Shown in pieces: positions 10,219-20,192 of a DNA stretch of 64,000 nt (the first letter of the stretch is position 1; the number at the start of each line of letters is the position of its first letter). Under the pieces are notes generated by a model. That model saw only the letters and a program-made list of their open reading frames with translations, was not told the DNA's origin and searched no databases. Source of the DNA: an uncultured Planctomycetota bacterium (lineage in GTDB: Bacteria; Planctomycetota; Planctomycetia; Isosphaerales; Isosphaeraceae); contig CAVTTN010000002.1 of the NCBI GenBank assembly GCA_963737655.1, positions 4,000,001-4,064,000 on the forward strand. The letters are read 5' to 3'. The position numbers were made by a program, and so were the translations under genes.

Positions 10219-12099
10219 ATGCCGACCGCGCCGACGATCGATGTCGAGAGCCTCCTCGTCCCGATCCCCGGAGACAATCCCTCGGGGCGGAACCTGTTCT
10301 ACGAGCAAGAATACTCGGACCTGGAAGAAGCCCGAAGGTCCGAGGACGACACCCCCCAGGGAGACTGGCAGAGGAAGACCAAGGCGGCCGACTGGGAGAA
10401 GGTCCTCAAGATCGGCACGGACGCCCTCCTGAAGAAGACCAAGGACCTCCAGATCGCCTCCTGGATGCTCGAGGCGCTCGGCCACCGCCACGGGTTCGCC
10501 GGGGTCCGCGACGGCTTCCGGCTCATGAACGGCCTCCAGGAAACGTTCTGGGACACCTATTATCCCCAGGTCGAGGACGACGACCTGGAGACCCGCCATC
10601 GCCCGTTCGACTTCCTCAACAACGAGCGATTGCTGCCCTTCCTGATCCGCTCGATCCCGATCACGGCCGGCTTCCGCGAGCAGGACTTCTCGTATGCGAA
10701 GTACGCGGAGTCCCGGGCCACGACCAACGCCGGCCTGAAGAGCCCCGACGCGCGAGACGCCCTCCTGGCCGAAGGGAAGATCGACGCCGAGATGTTCGAC
10801 GAGGCGGTCGGCCAGACCCGCCGAGCGTTCTACGAAGACCTGTTCGCCGAACTCGAAGACGCCCTCTCCGCCTTCCGCGAGTTCGACGCGGCGACCGACG
10901 CCCGGTTCGGCCGGGACTCGCCGAGCCTGACGAACGTCCGCAAGGCCCTGGAGGACGTCCGCAAGCTCGTCGAGCAACTCCTGGAGAAGAAGCGGGACGC
11001 CGAACCCTCCGAGGCCCCGGCCGAGGAGGTCACGCCGGAGGAAGACGCACCCGCCGACTCGGGATGGTCGAGCGGCCGGGACGAGACGCCCTCGCCGACC
11101 CCGAAGCGGAAGACTTCGCGACCCCGAGGGGCCGGCGGCCCGATCCAGGATGGCGAGGACGCCCGGCAACGCATCCTCGACGCGGCCCAGTACCTCCGCG
11201 AGAACGAGCCCGGCAGCCCGGCCGCGTTGCTGGTCGTCCGGGGCCTGCGGATGGGCGACCTCTACGCCCTCCCCCAGCCCTTCGACCCGTCGTCCCTGGA
11301 ATGCCCGACCAGCGAGGTCCGCCAGACCCTCAGGAGGCTCGTGAACGACTCGGAGTGGGCCGGGGCGTTCGCGGAGGCCGAGGCGGCGATCGGTCGGCCC
11401 GAGGGCCGCGCCTGGCTCGACCCCCATCGGACGAGCCTCCAGGCGATGAACTCGGGGCTCGACGGCTCGGATTATTCCGGGGCGATCGCCGCCGCCCGGG
11501 GGTTCCTCCGGACGATCCTCGCCGATTTCCCGGACCTCGCCCGCTCGTCGCTCGCCGACGACACCAACGCGGCCAGCGAGGCCACCCGGGCCTGGCTCGA
11601 CGAGGAATTCCGCCCCCCCGAGCCTCCCGCCGCCGAGCCCGAGCCGAAGCCTACGCCTCCCCGCCGATGCCTGCGTACCAGCCCGAGGAGCCCGACGGCG
11701 TCTTCGAGCCCGACCCCTGGCCGATCGCCCTGGACGAGGTCCGATCCGGCCGGATCTCGGAAGGCTTGCAGAGGATTCGCCGCGAGGTCGCCCGGGCCGC
11801 CACCGGCCGGGACAAGTTCCGCCGGAAGCTCCAACTGGCCGAGCCTCTGCCTGATGGTCGGCAACGTCCGCGTGGCGATGCCCCTCCTGGACGAGCTCGG
11901 CCGCCAGGTGGACGCCTTCCGCCTCGAAGAATGGGAGGACGAGGAGCTTTGCGCCCGGGTCTGGGGTGCCCTGTATCGCTGCCTGAAGAAGCTCCCGCCC
12001 GAGAACGGCCACGCCGGGAGGCTCCAGGAGGTCTACACCCGCCTCTGCCGGCTCGACATCCAGCAGGCCATGGCGCTCGGCGACGAATCCTCTCGATGA
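10219..12099 (+). CDS. tssA: T6SS TssA (ImpA N-domain), with two compensating frameshifts (~11655 and ~11843)
   Basis: LLVPIPGDNPSG..Y..LEEARR..ADWEKV..KTKDLQIASW (ImpA_N), EPGSPAALL, WLDPH. The C-terminal GRDKFRRKLQLAE segment lies in an alternate frame before LCLM..LEEWE. Confidence 0.88.
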   Translation: MPTAPTIDVESLLVPIPGDNPSGRNLFYEQEYSDLEEARRSEDDTPQGDWQRKTKAADWEKVLKIGTDALLKKTKDLQIASWMLEALGHRHGFAGVRDGFRLMNGLQETFWDTYYPQVEDDDLETRHRPFDFLNNERLLPFLIRSIPITAGFREQDFSYAKYAESRATTNAGLKSPDARDALLAEGKIDAEMFDEAVGQTRRAFYEDLFAELEDALSAFREFDAATDARFGRDSPSLTNVRKALEDVRKLVEQLLEKKRDAEPSEAPAEEVTPEEDAPADSGWSSGRDETPSPTPKRKTSRPRGAGGPIQDGEDARQRILDAAQYLRENEPGSPAALLVVRGLRMGDLYALPQPFDPSSLECPTSEVRQTLRRLVNDSEWAGAFAEAEAAIGRPEGRAWLDPHRTSLQAMNSGLDGSDYSGAIAAARGFLRTILADFPDLARSSLADDTNAASEATRAWLDEEFRPPEPPAAEPEPKPTPPRRCLRTSPRSPTASSSPTPGRSPWTRSDPAGSRKACRGFAARSPGPPPAGTSSAGSSNWPSLCLMVGNVRVAMPLLDELGRQVDAFRLEEWEDEELCARVWGALYRCLKKLPPENGHAGRLQEVYTRLCRLDIQQAMALGDESSR

Positions 12100-12392
12100 G
12101 CGCCACATATCGGCACAAAAAAAATCGAAAAATCTTCCCACGCTTCGAGGGGCTCGGCCCCGGGACGGCGCCTCTTCTTCCGTCTCCTCGCGAGAAAAGG
12201 TGAGAAACGAACGGAACGGCCTCCTCCCGGTTCGTAAATGTTCGGGGCGGTCCGCGCCCGTCGGTCCGCGATTCTTGTTGACGCGGGGCCGACCGTGGGC
12301 CAACCTGGGAGCCGGACCAGGCCCGGACCACCCGGGGCGCCGCCTGCCCTCGGGACCGAACCGCCCGATCCCTTCCGTCGGGAGAGACGCTC

Positions 12393-12917
12393 ATGCCGCC
12401 ATCGGAAAGCACCCAGCACAAGCTCGACCGAATCCGAAAGCCCCGGGTCCACCTGACCTACGACGTCGAGATCGGCGACGCGATCGAGATGAAGGAGCTC
12501 CCGTTCGTCGTCGGGGTCCTGGCCGACCTCTCGGGCAAGCCCGAGGAATCGCTGCCGAAGCTCAAGGACCGCCAGTTCGTCGAGATCGACCGGGACAACT
12601 TCAACAAGGTCCTCGCGGCGATGAAGCCCCGCCTGGCCTTCGCGGTGGACAACGAGCTTCAGGCCAACGGCACGAAGATGAACGTCGAGCTGAAGTTCGC
12701 CCACATCGACGACTTCGAGCCCGAGCAGGTCGCCCGCCAGGTCGAGCCGCTCAGGAAGCTCCTGGAAGCCCGGGGACGGCTCTCGGACCTCCTGAACAAG
12801 ATGGACGGCAACGACAAGCTGGACGCCCTGCTCCAGGACGTGGTCAACAACACCGAGAGCCTCAAGAAACTCGGCGAAGAGACCGGACGAGGCGCCACCC
12901 CGAGCCCGGAGGCCTGA
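12393..12917 (+). CDS. tssB: T6SS contractile sheath small subunit TssB
   Basis: ESTQHKLDRIRKPRVHLTYDVE..KELPFVVGVLADLSG, EIDRDNF, DDFEPEQVARQVEPLRKLLEAR. Confidence 0.97.
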   Translation: MPPSESTQHKLDRIRKPRVHLTYDVEIGDAIEMKELPFVVGVLADLSGKPEESLPKLKDRQFVEIDRDNFNKVLAAMKPRLAFAVDNELQANGTKMNVELKFAHIDDFEPEQVARQVEPLRKLLEARGRLSDLLNKMDGNDKLDALLQDVVNNTESLKKLGEETGRGATPSPEA

Positions 12918-12921
12918 CCCC

Positions 12922-14415
12922 ATGAGCACCGCCGAGCAGACCCAGGCCGCCGAAGCCGGCGCCGCCGAGGCCCAGGAAGGCAGCCTCCTGGACAAGATCA
13001 TCTCCGAGGGCAAGCTGGCCCGCGACGACGAGCAGAGGGCCCTGGCCCGCGACTTCATCGGCGAGTTCGTCGATCAGGTCATGGCCGGCACGATGACCGT
13101 CTCCAACGACACCCAGGCGATGATCAACGCCCGGATCGGCCAGATCGACCGCCTGCTGTCGAAGCAGCTCAACGCGATCATGCACCACGAGGACTTCCAG
13201 AAGCTGGAAGGTTCCTGGAGGGGGCTGCATTATTTCGTCCACCAGAGCGAGACGGGCAAGGATCTCAAGATCAAGCTCATGAACGTCTCGAAGAAGGACC
13301 TCCTCAAGGACATGGAGAAGGCGCCGGAGTTCGACCAGTCGGCGCTCTTCAAGAAGGTCTACGAGGAGGAGTTCGGGACGTTCGGCGGCGCGCCGTTCGG
13401 CTCCCTGATCGGCGACTACGAGTTCGGCCGGGGCGCGCAGGACGTGGCGCTCCTGGAGAAGATCTCCAACGTGGCCGCGGCGGCTCACGCCCCGTTCATC
13501 GCGGCGGCCAGCCCGCACATGTTCAACTGGGACGGCTTCACCGAGATCGGCGGCCCGCGCGACCTGACGAAGATCTTCGAGACGCCCGACTACGTGAAAT
13601 GGCGGTCGTTCCGCAACTCGGAGGACTCGCGGTACGTCGGGCCTGACCCTGCCCCACATCCTCATGCAGGCTGCCCTACGGCCCCGAGACCTCCCCGGTC
13701 GAGGCGTTCAACTACGTCGAGGACGTGGACGGGACCGACCACAAGAAGTACCTGTGGGGCAACGCCGCCTACGCGTTCGCCTGCCGCCTCACCGAGTCGT
13801 TCGCCAAGTACCACTGGTGCGCGTCGATCCGAGGGGTCGAGGGCGGCGGGCTGGTCGCCGGCCTGCCGTCGCACACGTTCAAGACCGACCAGGGGGACGT
13901 GGCGCTGAAGTGCCCGACGGAGATCGCCATCACCGACCGCCGCGAGAAGGAGCTTTCGGACCTCGGGTTCATCCCCCTGGTCCACTGCAAGAACACGGAT
14001 TACGCCGCGTTCTTCGCGGCGCAGTCGGCCCAGCAGGCCAAGAGCTACAACACCGACGCCGCCAACGCCAACGCCCGGCTGTCGACCCAGATCCAGTACA
14101 TCATGGCCGTCTCGCGGATCGCCCACTACCTGAAGGCGATGATGCGCGACAAGATCGGCAGCTTCATGAGCCGGTCGGAGTGCGAGATGTTCCTGAACAA
14201 CTGGATCACGACCTACGTCTGCCCGATGGACGACGCCAGCCAGGCCGTCAAGGCGGAACGGCCGCTGCGAGACGCCCGGATCGACGTCGTCGAGGACCCG
14301 AAGAAGCCGGGCTGCTACAAGGCCGTGGCCTTCCTGCGCGCCCCACTTCCAGCTCGACGAGCTGACGGTCTCGCTCCGCCTGGTGGCCGAGCTGCCCCAG
14401 CCGGTCGGGAAGTAG
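12922..14415 (+). CDS. tssC: T6SS contractile sheath large subunit TssC, with three apparent +1 insertions (~13640, ~13668, ~14340)
   Basis: IMHHEDFQKLEGSWRGL, LFKKVYEEEFGTFGGAP, YLWGNAAY, IRGVEGGG, KCPTEIAITDRREKEL. Removing single bases restores YVGLTLPHILMRLPYG and FLRPHFQLDELTVSLRLV, ending at TAG 14413-14415. Confidence 0.93.
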
Positions 14416-14524
14416 CCGGGGAATTCCGGAGATTTCGGCACGGGCAGGTTTCGAGGCGTACAAGAAGATGTAACCGGCATGATGGGCGTGTCGGGGCAGG
14501 GTCGAACGAGGCAGGAGCATTCCG

Positions 14525-15013
14525 ATGGCTGCTGTTGACTATTTCCTGAAGATCGACGGTATCGAGGGCGAGTCCGCCGACGCCAAGCACAAGAACGAGA
14601 TCGACGTCGAGTCCTGGAGCTGGGGCGCCACGCAGTCCGGCACGTTCTCCATGGGCGGTGGCGGCGGTGCCGGCAAGGTCTCGATGCAGGACATGCACTT
14701 CGTCGCCAAGATGTCCAAGGCGTCGCCCAAGCTGCTGCTGGCCAACGCCAGCGGCCAGCACATCAAGACGGCCGTCCTGACCCTCCGCAAGGCGGGCACC
14801 GACCAGCAGGAGTTCGCGAAGTTCACCCTGAGCGACGTCCTGGTCTCCAGCTACCAGACCGGCGGATCGGCCAGCGGGAGCATCGTCCCGATGGACCAGT
14901 TCAGCCTGAACTTCGCCAAGATCGAGAAGGAATACAAGGAGCAGAAGGCCGACGGCACCCTGGGCGGGGCCGTGAAGGTCGGCTGGGACCTCAAGCAGAA
15001 CAAGAAGGTCTGA
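14525..15013 (+). CDS. hcp: T6SS tube protein Hcp
   Basis: DYFLKIDGIEGES.DAKHKNEIDVESWSWG, KASPKL, FSLNFAKI, GWDLKQNK; AGGAG RBS. Confidence 0.97.
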   Translation: MAAVDYFLKIDGIEGESADAKHKNEIDVESWSWGATQSGTFSMGGGGGAGKVSMQDMHFVAKMSKASPKLLLANASGQHIKTAVLTLRKAGTDQQEFAKFTLSDVLVSSYQTGGSASGSIVPMDQFSLNFAKIEKEYKEQKADGTLGGAVKVGWDLKQNKKV

Positions 15014-15042
15014 TCGGACCCGATCACGACCTCATCGCGACG

Positions 15043-15073
15043 GAGGCCGGGGATCTTCGCGATCCCCGGCCTC
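15043..15073 (+). terminator. GC-rich 13-bp stem hairpin after hcp (no U-tract)
   Basis: GAGGCCGGGGATC-ttcgc-GATCCCCGGCCTC perfect inverted repeat. Confidence 0.5.
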
Positions 15074-15126
15074 GGCCGCGCCCCGAGCCGCTCCCGAGAT
15101 CGAGCCCCGGCCCGCCGGACATCGCC

Positions 15127-15612
15127 ATGCCCCCCGTTCGCAACGAGAAGAAGCTCCTCCCCTCGATCCTCGACCGCCTGGTCGATCAGGACCCTCGGGG
15201 CCGCGGCTCCGAGCAGTTCCAGGCGTCGCGGAACCTCGCCGACCTGAAGGCGTCGGTCAAGCGCGACCTGGAATGGCTCCTCAACAGCAAGAGGGCCCTG
15301 GCCGAGCAGCCCGAGGGCCTCGATCACCTCAATCGATCGCTCCTGGCCTACGGCCTGCCCGACTTCACCACCAGCACACTGAGCAACGCCGAGGACCGCA
15401 AGTACCTCCTCCAGTCGGTCCACGACGCCGTGACCCGCTTCGAGCCTCGGTTGACCGACGTGAGGGTCGTCCTGGACGACACCCGGGAATTCGACCGCTC
15501 GATCCGCTTCCGCATCGAGGGCGTGCTGAACGTCGAGCCGTCGCCCGAGGTCGTCTCGTTCGATTCCGAGCTCCAGCTCCACACCAAGGCGATCAAGGTC
15601 CAGGCCGAATGA
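15127..15612 (+). CDS. tssE: T6SS baseplate subunit TssE
   Basis: PSILDRLVD, SVKRDLEWLLN, SLLAYGLPD, RFEPRL, FRIEG. Confidence 0.93.
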   Translation: MPPVRNEKKLLPSILDRLVDQDPRGRGSEQFQASRNLADLKASVKRDLEWLLNSKRALAEQPEGLDHLNRSLLAYGLPDFTTSTLSNAEDRKYLLQSVHDAVTRFEPRLTDVRVVLDDTREFDRSIRFRIEGVLNVEPSPEVVSFDSELQLHTKAIKVQAE

Positions 15613-17435
15613 ACGACGACCTGCTGGGCTATTACAACAGCGAACTCTCGTTCCTCCGGGACCTCGGCGCCGAGTTCGCCGCGAAGTATCCGAGGGTCGC
15701 CAGCCGCCTTCAACTGGAGGCCGATCGCTGCGAAGACCCCCACGTCGAGCGGCTCCTCGAAGGCTTCGCCTTCCTCTCGGCCCGAATCCGCAAGAAGATC
15801 GAGGACGAGCTGCCGGAGATCACCGAGGCGCTGCTGGGCGTGCTCTACCCGCACTACCTCCGCCCCCTGCCGTCGATGTCGGTCGTCCAGTTCCAGCTCA
15901 ACCCCGAGCAGTCCCGATCGACGAACGCCTACACCATCCCCTCCGGGAGCCGGTTGACCTCGCGGTCGATCGGCGGCTCCCCCTGCTCGTTCCGGACCGG
16001 CTACCCGACGACCCTCTGGCCCCTGGAGGTCACCTCGGGCCGACTCGACCCGGACCGCGTGGTCTTTTCCGGGAAGCCTCCGGAGGCCGTGGCCCTGCTC
16101 CAGGTCGGCCTGGCCTGCACCGGCGGCCTCGCGTTCGCGCAGCTCCCCGCGCTCGATTCGCTCCGGTTCTTCCTCGACGGCGAGCCGCCCACGGCCTTCG
16201 GCCTCTATGAATTGCTGTTCAACAATGCGTGCCGGGTGATGGTCCGGGGCGAGACGGCCTCCGGGAAGGTCGAGACGATCACTTTGCCTGCCGATTCGCT
16301 GAAGGCCGCCGGGCTCGGCCCCGACGAGGGCCTCTTCCCCTACCCCTCCCGGTCGTTCCCCGGTTACCGACTGCTCCAGGAATACTTCGCGTTCCCCGAC
16401 AAGTTCCTCTTCTTCGACCTGACCGGGTTGAAGGCCCTGGCCGCGAAGAAGTTCGGCCGGTCCGTCGAGCTCCTGGTCTTCCTCAATGCGTCGCCCCGGA
16501 GCGACGTGATCGTCTCGGCCGAGAACTTCAAGATCGGCTGCGCGCCGATCGTCAACCTCTTCACCCGGGTCTGCGAGCCGATCCTCCTGGACCAGACGCG
16601 GACGCAGTACCGCGTGATCCCCGACGTCCATCGGCCCCTGGCGACCGAAGTCTACTCGATCGACTCGGTGGTGAGCTCCGGCTCGTTCCTGGCCGAGACC
16701 GTCCCGTTCGAGCCGTTCTACGCGCTGAGGCACGGCACCGCGCCGAGGAGCCAGGCCTACTGGTTCGCCAGCCGGGAAGCCTCGCAGAGGAAGGACGACC
16801 CGGGAACGGAGGTCTACCTTTCGTTCGTGGACCCGGGCTTCAACCCGAAGGCCCCGGCGGCCGAAGCGGTGACCGTCCACGCCACCTGCACCAATCGCGA
16901 CCTCCCCACCAAGCTCCCCTTCGGCGGCGAACAGGCCGATTTCGAGCTCGAAGGCCAGGCGCCGGTGAGCCGGGTCCGCCTGCTGAGGAAGCCGACTCGC
17001 CCGCTCCGCCCGCCCCTGGGCCGGGCCCTCCAGTGGCGGCTGATCTCGCACCTGGCGCTCAATCACCTCTCGCTGGCCGACGGCGAGCAGGGGCTGGAAT
17101 CGCTCCAGGAGCTCCTGCGGATCTACGACTTCGCCGACAGCGCCGTGACCCGCCAGCAAATCGGCGGGATCGTGGCCGTGAGCAGCCGGAGGGCGGCCGG
17201 GCGGACCGGGCGGAAGATCGGCAACACGGTGAGCCTCGGGGTGGAAGTCACGATCGAGTTCGACGAGACCGCGTTCGTGGGCAGCGGCGCCTTCCTCCTG
17301 GCCAGCATCCTGGAACGGTTCCTCGCCCTGTTCACCTCGATCAACTCGTTCAGCCAGCTCGTGGCGAAGACATCGAGACGCGAAGGGGTCTTGAAGCGAT
17401 GGACACCACGATCCGGGGAGCGGAGCCTCCTCTAG
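15609..17435 (+). CDS. tssF: T6SS baseplate subunit TssF
   Basis: MNDDLLGYYNSELSFLR, DPHVERLLEGFAFL, YPHYLRPLPSMSV, GYRLLQEYFAFPDKF, WRLISHLALNHLS; ATGA overlap with tssE. Confidence 0.95.
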   Translation: MNDDLLGYYNSELSFLRDLGAEFAAKYPRVASRLQLEADRCEDPHVERLLEGFAFLSARIRKKIEDELPEITEALLGVLYPHYLRPLPSMSVVQFQLNPEQSRSTNAYTIPSGSRLTSRSIGGSPCSFRTGYPTTLWPLEVTSGRLDPDRVVFSGKPPEAVALLQVGLACTGGLAFAQLPALDSLRFFLDGEPPTAFGLYELLFNNACRVMVRGETASGKVETITLPADSLKAAGLGPDEGLFPYPSRSFPGYRLLQEYFAFPDKFLFFDLTGLKALAAKKFGRSVELLVFLNASPRSDVIVSAENFKIGCAPIVNLFTRVCEPILLDQTRTQYRVIPDVHRPLATEVYSIDSVVSSGSFLAETVPFEPFYALRHGTAPRSQAYWFASREASQRKDDPGTEVYLSFVDPGFNPKAPAAEAVTVHATCTNRDLPTKLPFGGEQADFELEGQAPVSRVRLLRKPTRPLRPPLGRALQWRLISHLALNHLSLADGEQGLESLQELLRIYDFADSAVTRQQIGGIVAVSSRRAAGRTGRKIGNTVSLGVEVTIEFDETAFVGSGAFLLASILERFLALFTSINSFSQLVAKTSRREGVLKRWTPRSGERSLL

Positions 17436-18422
17436 AGCGGCTCCTGTTCGACGAGGGCTATCGGTTCGAGTTCTTCCAGGCCGTGAGGCTCCTGGAACGG
17501 CTCCAGCCGGACCGCTCGGCGGTGGGCGAGGACTCGCGGAATGAGGTCGCGCGGTTCTCGGCCCGGCTCAGCCTGGCGTTCCCCCCGAGCCAGATCCACT
17601 CGGTCGAGCCCCTCGGCCGATGAGAAGTCCCCGCCTCGGATGACGATCGCATTCCTCGGCCTGTCCGGGCCGTCGGGCGTCCTGCCTCATTGCTACACCG
17701 AGTTCCTCCTGGAGCGTCGCAAGGCCGGGGACCTGGCGATCCTCGAATTCCTGGACCTCTTCAATCACCGCCTGGCCTCGATGTTCTTCCGGGCCTGGGC
17801 GAAATACCGGCCGATCATCGGCTACGAGCGAGGCCGCGCCGATCGGTTCACCGATTACCTGTTCCACCTGATCGGCCTGGGCGCGGCCCCCCTCCGCGAT
17901 CGCCACACGTTCTCCGACGCCGCCCTGCCCTACTTCTCCGGCTTCCTGGCGCAACGAAGGAGGCCGGCGGTGGCGCTCGAGGCGCTGCTCCGCGAGCACT
18001 TCGGCCAGCCGGTGACGGTCGAGTCGTTCGTCGGCCAGTGGCTCCGCCTGGCCCCGGAAGACCGGTCGATCCTGTCGAAGGACGGACCCCACAACAGCCT
18101 GGGCGTCAGCCTGGTCGTCGGCGACCGCGTCTGGGACGAGCAGGGGAAATTCCGCCTGAGGGTGGGGCCGCTAGGATTCCGCCAATTCCGCAAGTTCCTC
18201 CCCGACGGCCCGGCCTTCCGCCCGATGGCCCAGATGACCCGCCTGTTCGTCGATGCCGAGTTCGATTTCGACATCCAGCTCGTCCTGAAGGCCGAGGAAG
18301 TCCCATCCTGTCAACTCAGCTCAAAACCCGGCAAAGGCGCAAGGCTCGGCCGGTTCGCCTGGCTGAAAAGCCGAGACTTCGAGAAGGACGCCGACGACGC
18401 CGTCTTCCCGGCCGGCGTCTGA
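17399..18422 (+). CDS. tssG: T6SS baseplate subunit TssG, frameshifted near 17610
   Basis: YRFEFFQAVRLLE..SLAFPPSQI, then after an extra C: FLGLSGPSGVLPHCYTE, FLDLFNHRL..FFRAWAKYR, FRLRVGPL, LGRFAWL. Confidence 0.9.
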
Positions 18423-18451
18423 ACCCGCCATGCAAGCCGACCCGAATCCCG

Positions 18452-18546
18452 CCGGGGGTTACTTCCGCCGCTTCATCCACTCTCCTAAACTCTCCTCAGG
18501 GTCCGGGCGCGGCCAATCCTTCCGTCCCTCCGCGCAGAACGACGAG
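18452..18546 (+). repeat. Left copy of an imperfect ~95-bp direct repeat (duplicate of the clpV leader)
   Basis: Shares the identical core TCCTAAACTCTCCTCAGGGTCCGGG and the flanks CTTCCGCCG / CTTCCGTCCCT..AACGACGAG with 22454-22549. Confidence 0.85.
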
Positions 18547-18550
18547 AAGT

Positions 18551-18621
18551 GGAAAAAGGGGTCAGGAGCCGATCTTGAATCCCGGCCGTCGGGTCGGGAC
18601 TCGGCTCCTGACCCCTTTCCC
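18551..18621. repeat. REP-like inverted-repeat element (GGGGTCAGG type)
   Basis: AAAGGGGTCAGGAGCCGA ... TCGGCTCCTGACCCCTTT perfect 18-bp inverted repeat around a ~28-bp spacer. Confidence 0.75.
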
Positions 18622-18631
18622 CACGCGAAGC

Positions 18632-18783
18632 GAATTACGCTCTGGAAGGTTGAAAGTGGACTTGCCTGACATCCCGTTTTCCCGCCTCTTGAGGAACGAA
18701 ACGCCGAGAATTTCCTCCGTCCCCTTTTCCCATCCACGAGAATTTCCTCCGTCCCCTTTTCCCATCCGTCCCCTTTTCCCATC
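18632..18783. repeat. Half REPIN-like unit (spacer + right arm) with stuttered right arms
   Basis: Same spacer as 20513-20607, followed by CTCCGTCCCCTTTTCC and further CGTCCCCTTTTCCCATC copies. Confidence 0.8.
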
Positions 18784-18983
18784 CAAAAAGAATAAAAGTG
18801 TTAAATCCTAAAGCTAGTAAATACGGTATCTCCCAAATACGTAAATAGTCATCAATTAGGTGTAATCCCAGATTTCTTCGGATGAGGAAACTCGAAAACC
18901 GCTTGGGTCTTGGCGATGCAGGAGCTGCTGGACCTCACGTTAGCGTGGCTCGGGAATCGGAGTTCATTCTGGGATATATATAC

Positions 18984-19955
18984 ATGAACAATTATTTTTT
19001 GTTACACTTATTCATTATCGCTTGTTCCACTTCACGTGATGCCGAGACCCTCCGCTCGTTTGAGGAGGCCGCCAAGGCGTTGAGGCCGGCGATCTTTCTC
19101 GTGGACGTGGGCGGCAAGGAGTATGGGACCGCATTCGTGATCTCGCGTCGGCAAAGGCTCCTCGCGACCGCTGGGCACGCCGGTGACGGGATCCTGCGAG
19201 CCGGGCCCGGCAAGTCCTTCGCGATCGGGAATCAGGCCCGATACCCCGTCGAGAAGGTCTATCTCCACCCGGCAACGTACCGCGAGATCGACGACGGGTG
19301 CATCGTCCGCTCTGACGACCCGCGGGACGGCCCCATCGACGGCTGGCTCCACCCCGACATGGCCGTCCTCCGCCTCGGCCCCGGCGGGCCGGAACTCCCC
19401 GCCGAGGTCGCTCTCGCGGACACCGCCGAGCTCAATTCGCTCAAGAACAAGGTCGTCGCGGGCCTTGGTTTCTTGGGCGCCACCGACGATAGGGCCGAAC
19501 CAAGGCTGTCCACCGGCGTCGTGATCACGGCCGCCGACTACAATCACGCCATCGAGGCGCCCGTGGAGCAGCAATGGCTCGAATACACCGCGAGCCTCGG
19601 CCCGGGAACCAGCGGCTCGCCCCTCTTCCTGACCACCGGCAAGGTCGTCGGAATCCACACATCCGAGTTCCTTCCGGACGGGAATGATGGGGCCGCCCCC
19701 GAGGCCGCCACCCTGGTGAGGCAAGGATACCGCATCGAAGGGATCTTCGAGATCCTGGAATACCACCGGCTCGGCGGCCCGGGCGTCCCCCCCTCTCCGC
19801 TCCCTCTGCTCGACAAGGCCCGCATATTCGGCAACGATCCGAATCTCGCGGCCAGACGGCGGGCCGTCGCCCTGATCGTCGAGGCGCGCCACCTGAGACG
19901 GGGCGCGGAAAAGGGGACGGAGGAAATTATTGACGCCGAGATGCGCGGTTCGTAG
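18984..19955 (+). CDS. Trypsin-like serine protease, apparently truncated at its 3' end by a REP arm at ~19907
   Basis: GTAFVIS..ATAGHAG (His), PDMAVLRL (Asp), GPGTSGSPLF (Ser). Possible signal/lipobox LFIIAC. The last codons (EKGTEEIIDAEMRGS) are read through the REP arm and promoter. Confidence 0.75.
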   Translation: MNNYFLLHLFIIACSTSRDAETLRSFEEAAKALRPAIFLVDVGGKEYGTAFVISRRQRLLATAGHAGDGILRAGPGKSFAIGNQARYPVEKVYLHPATYREIDDGCIVRSDDPRDGPIDGWLHPDMAVLRLGPGGPELPAEVALADTAELNSLKNKVVAGLGFLGATDDRAEPRLSTGVVITAADYNHAIEAPVEQQWLEYTASLGPGTSGSPLFLTTGKVVGIHTSEFLPDGNDGAAPEAATLVRQGYRIEGIFEILEYHRLGGPGVPPSPLPLLDKARIFGNDPNLAARRRAVALIVEARHLRRGAEKGTEEIIDAEMRGS

Positions 19956-19958
19956 ACT
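19930..19958 (+). promoter_or_regulatory. Sigma70-type promoter of the truncated RAYT copy
   Basis: TTGACG-17 bp-TAGACT, 6 bp before the ATG at 19965. Confidence 0.65.
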
Positions 19959-19964
19959 CCCGAC

Positions 19965-20192
19965 ATGCCACGCACCGCTCGCGCCTCCGTCGCCGGACTC
20001 CCCTACCACGCCCTCAACCGCGGCAACCGCCGCGCACCCGTCTTCCACAAGCCCGCCGACTACGACGCCTTCGTCGAGGCCATCGCCGACTCCTGCCGCC
20101 GTTTGCCGATGGACCTCCTCAGCTATTGCCTCATGCCCAACCACTTCCACCTCGTCCTCCGACCCCACGCCGACGGCGACCTCGGCCGGTGG
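19965..20192 (+). pseudogene. 5' fragment of a REP-associated tyrosine transposase (RAYT)
   Basis: Near-identical to 21517-21744 up to GDLGRW, then cut by three tandem GGCGTGGAAAAGGGGACG. Keeps the HUH motif but lacks the catalytic Tyr. Confidence 0.88.

Noticed and set aside
13630..14345. Programmed frameshifting in tssC
   Set aside because: Three separate insertions without slippery heptamers; sequencing error is simpler.
14434..14455. Sigma54 promoter before hcp (TCGGCACG)
   Set aside because: The -12 GC is absent at the required spacing.
18430..18786. Small ORFs reading KGTEEI / LWKVESGLA
   Set aside because: They are translations of the REP repeats, recurring at 20123-20620.
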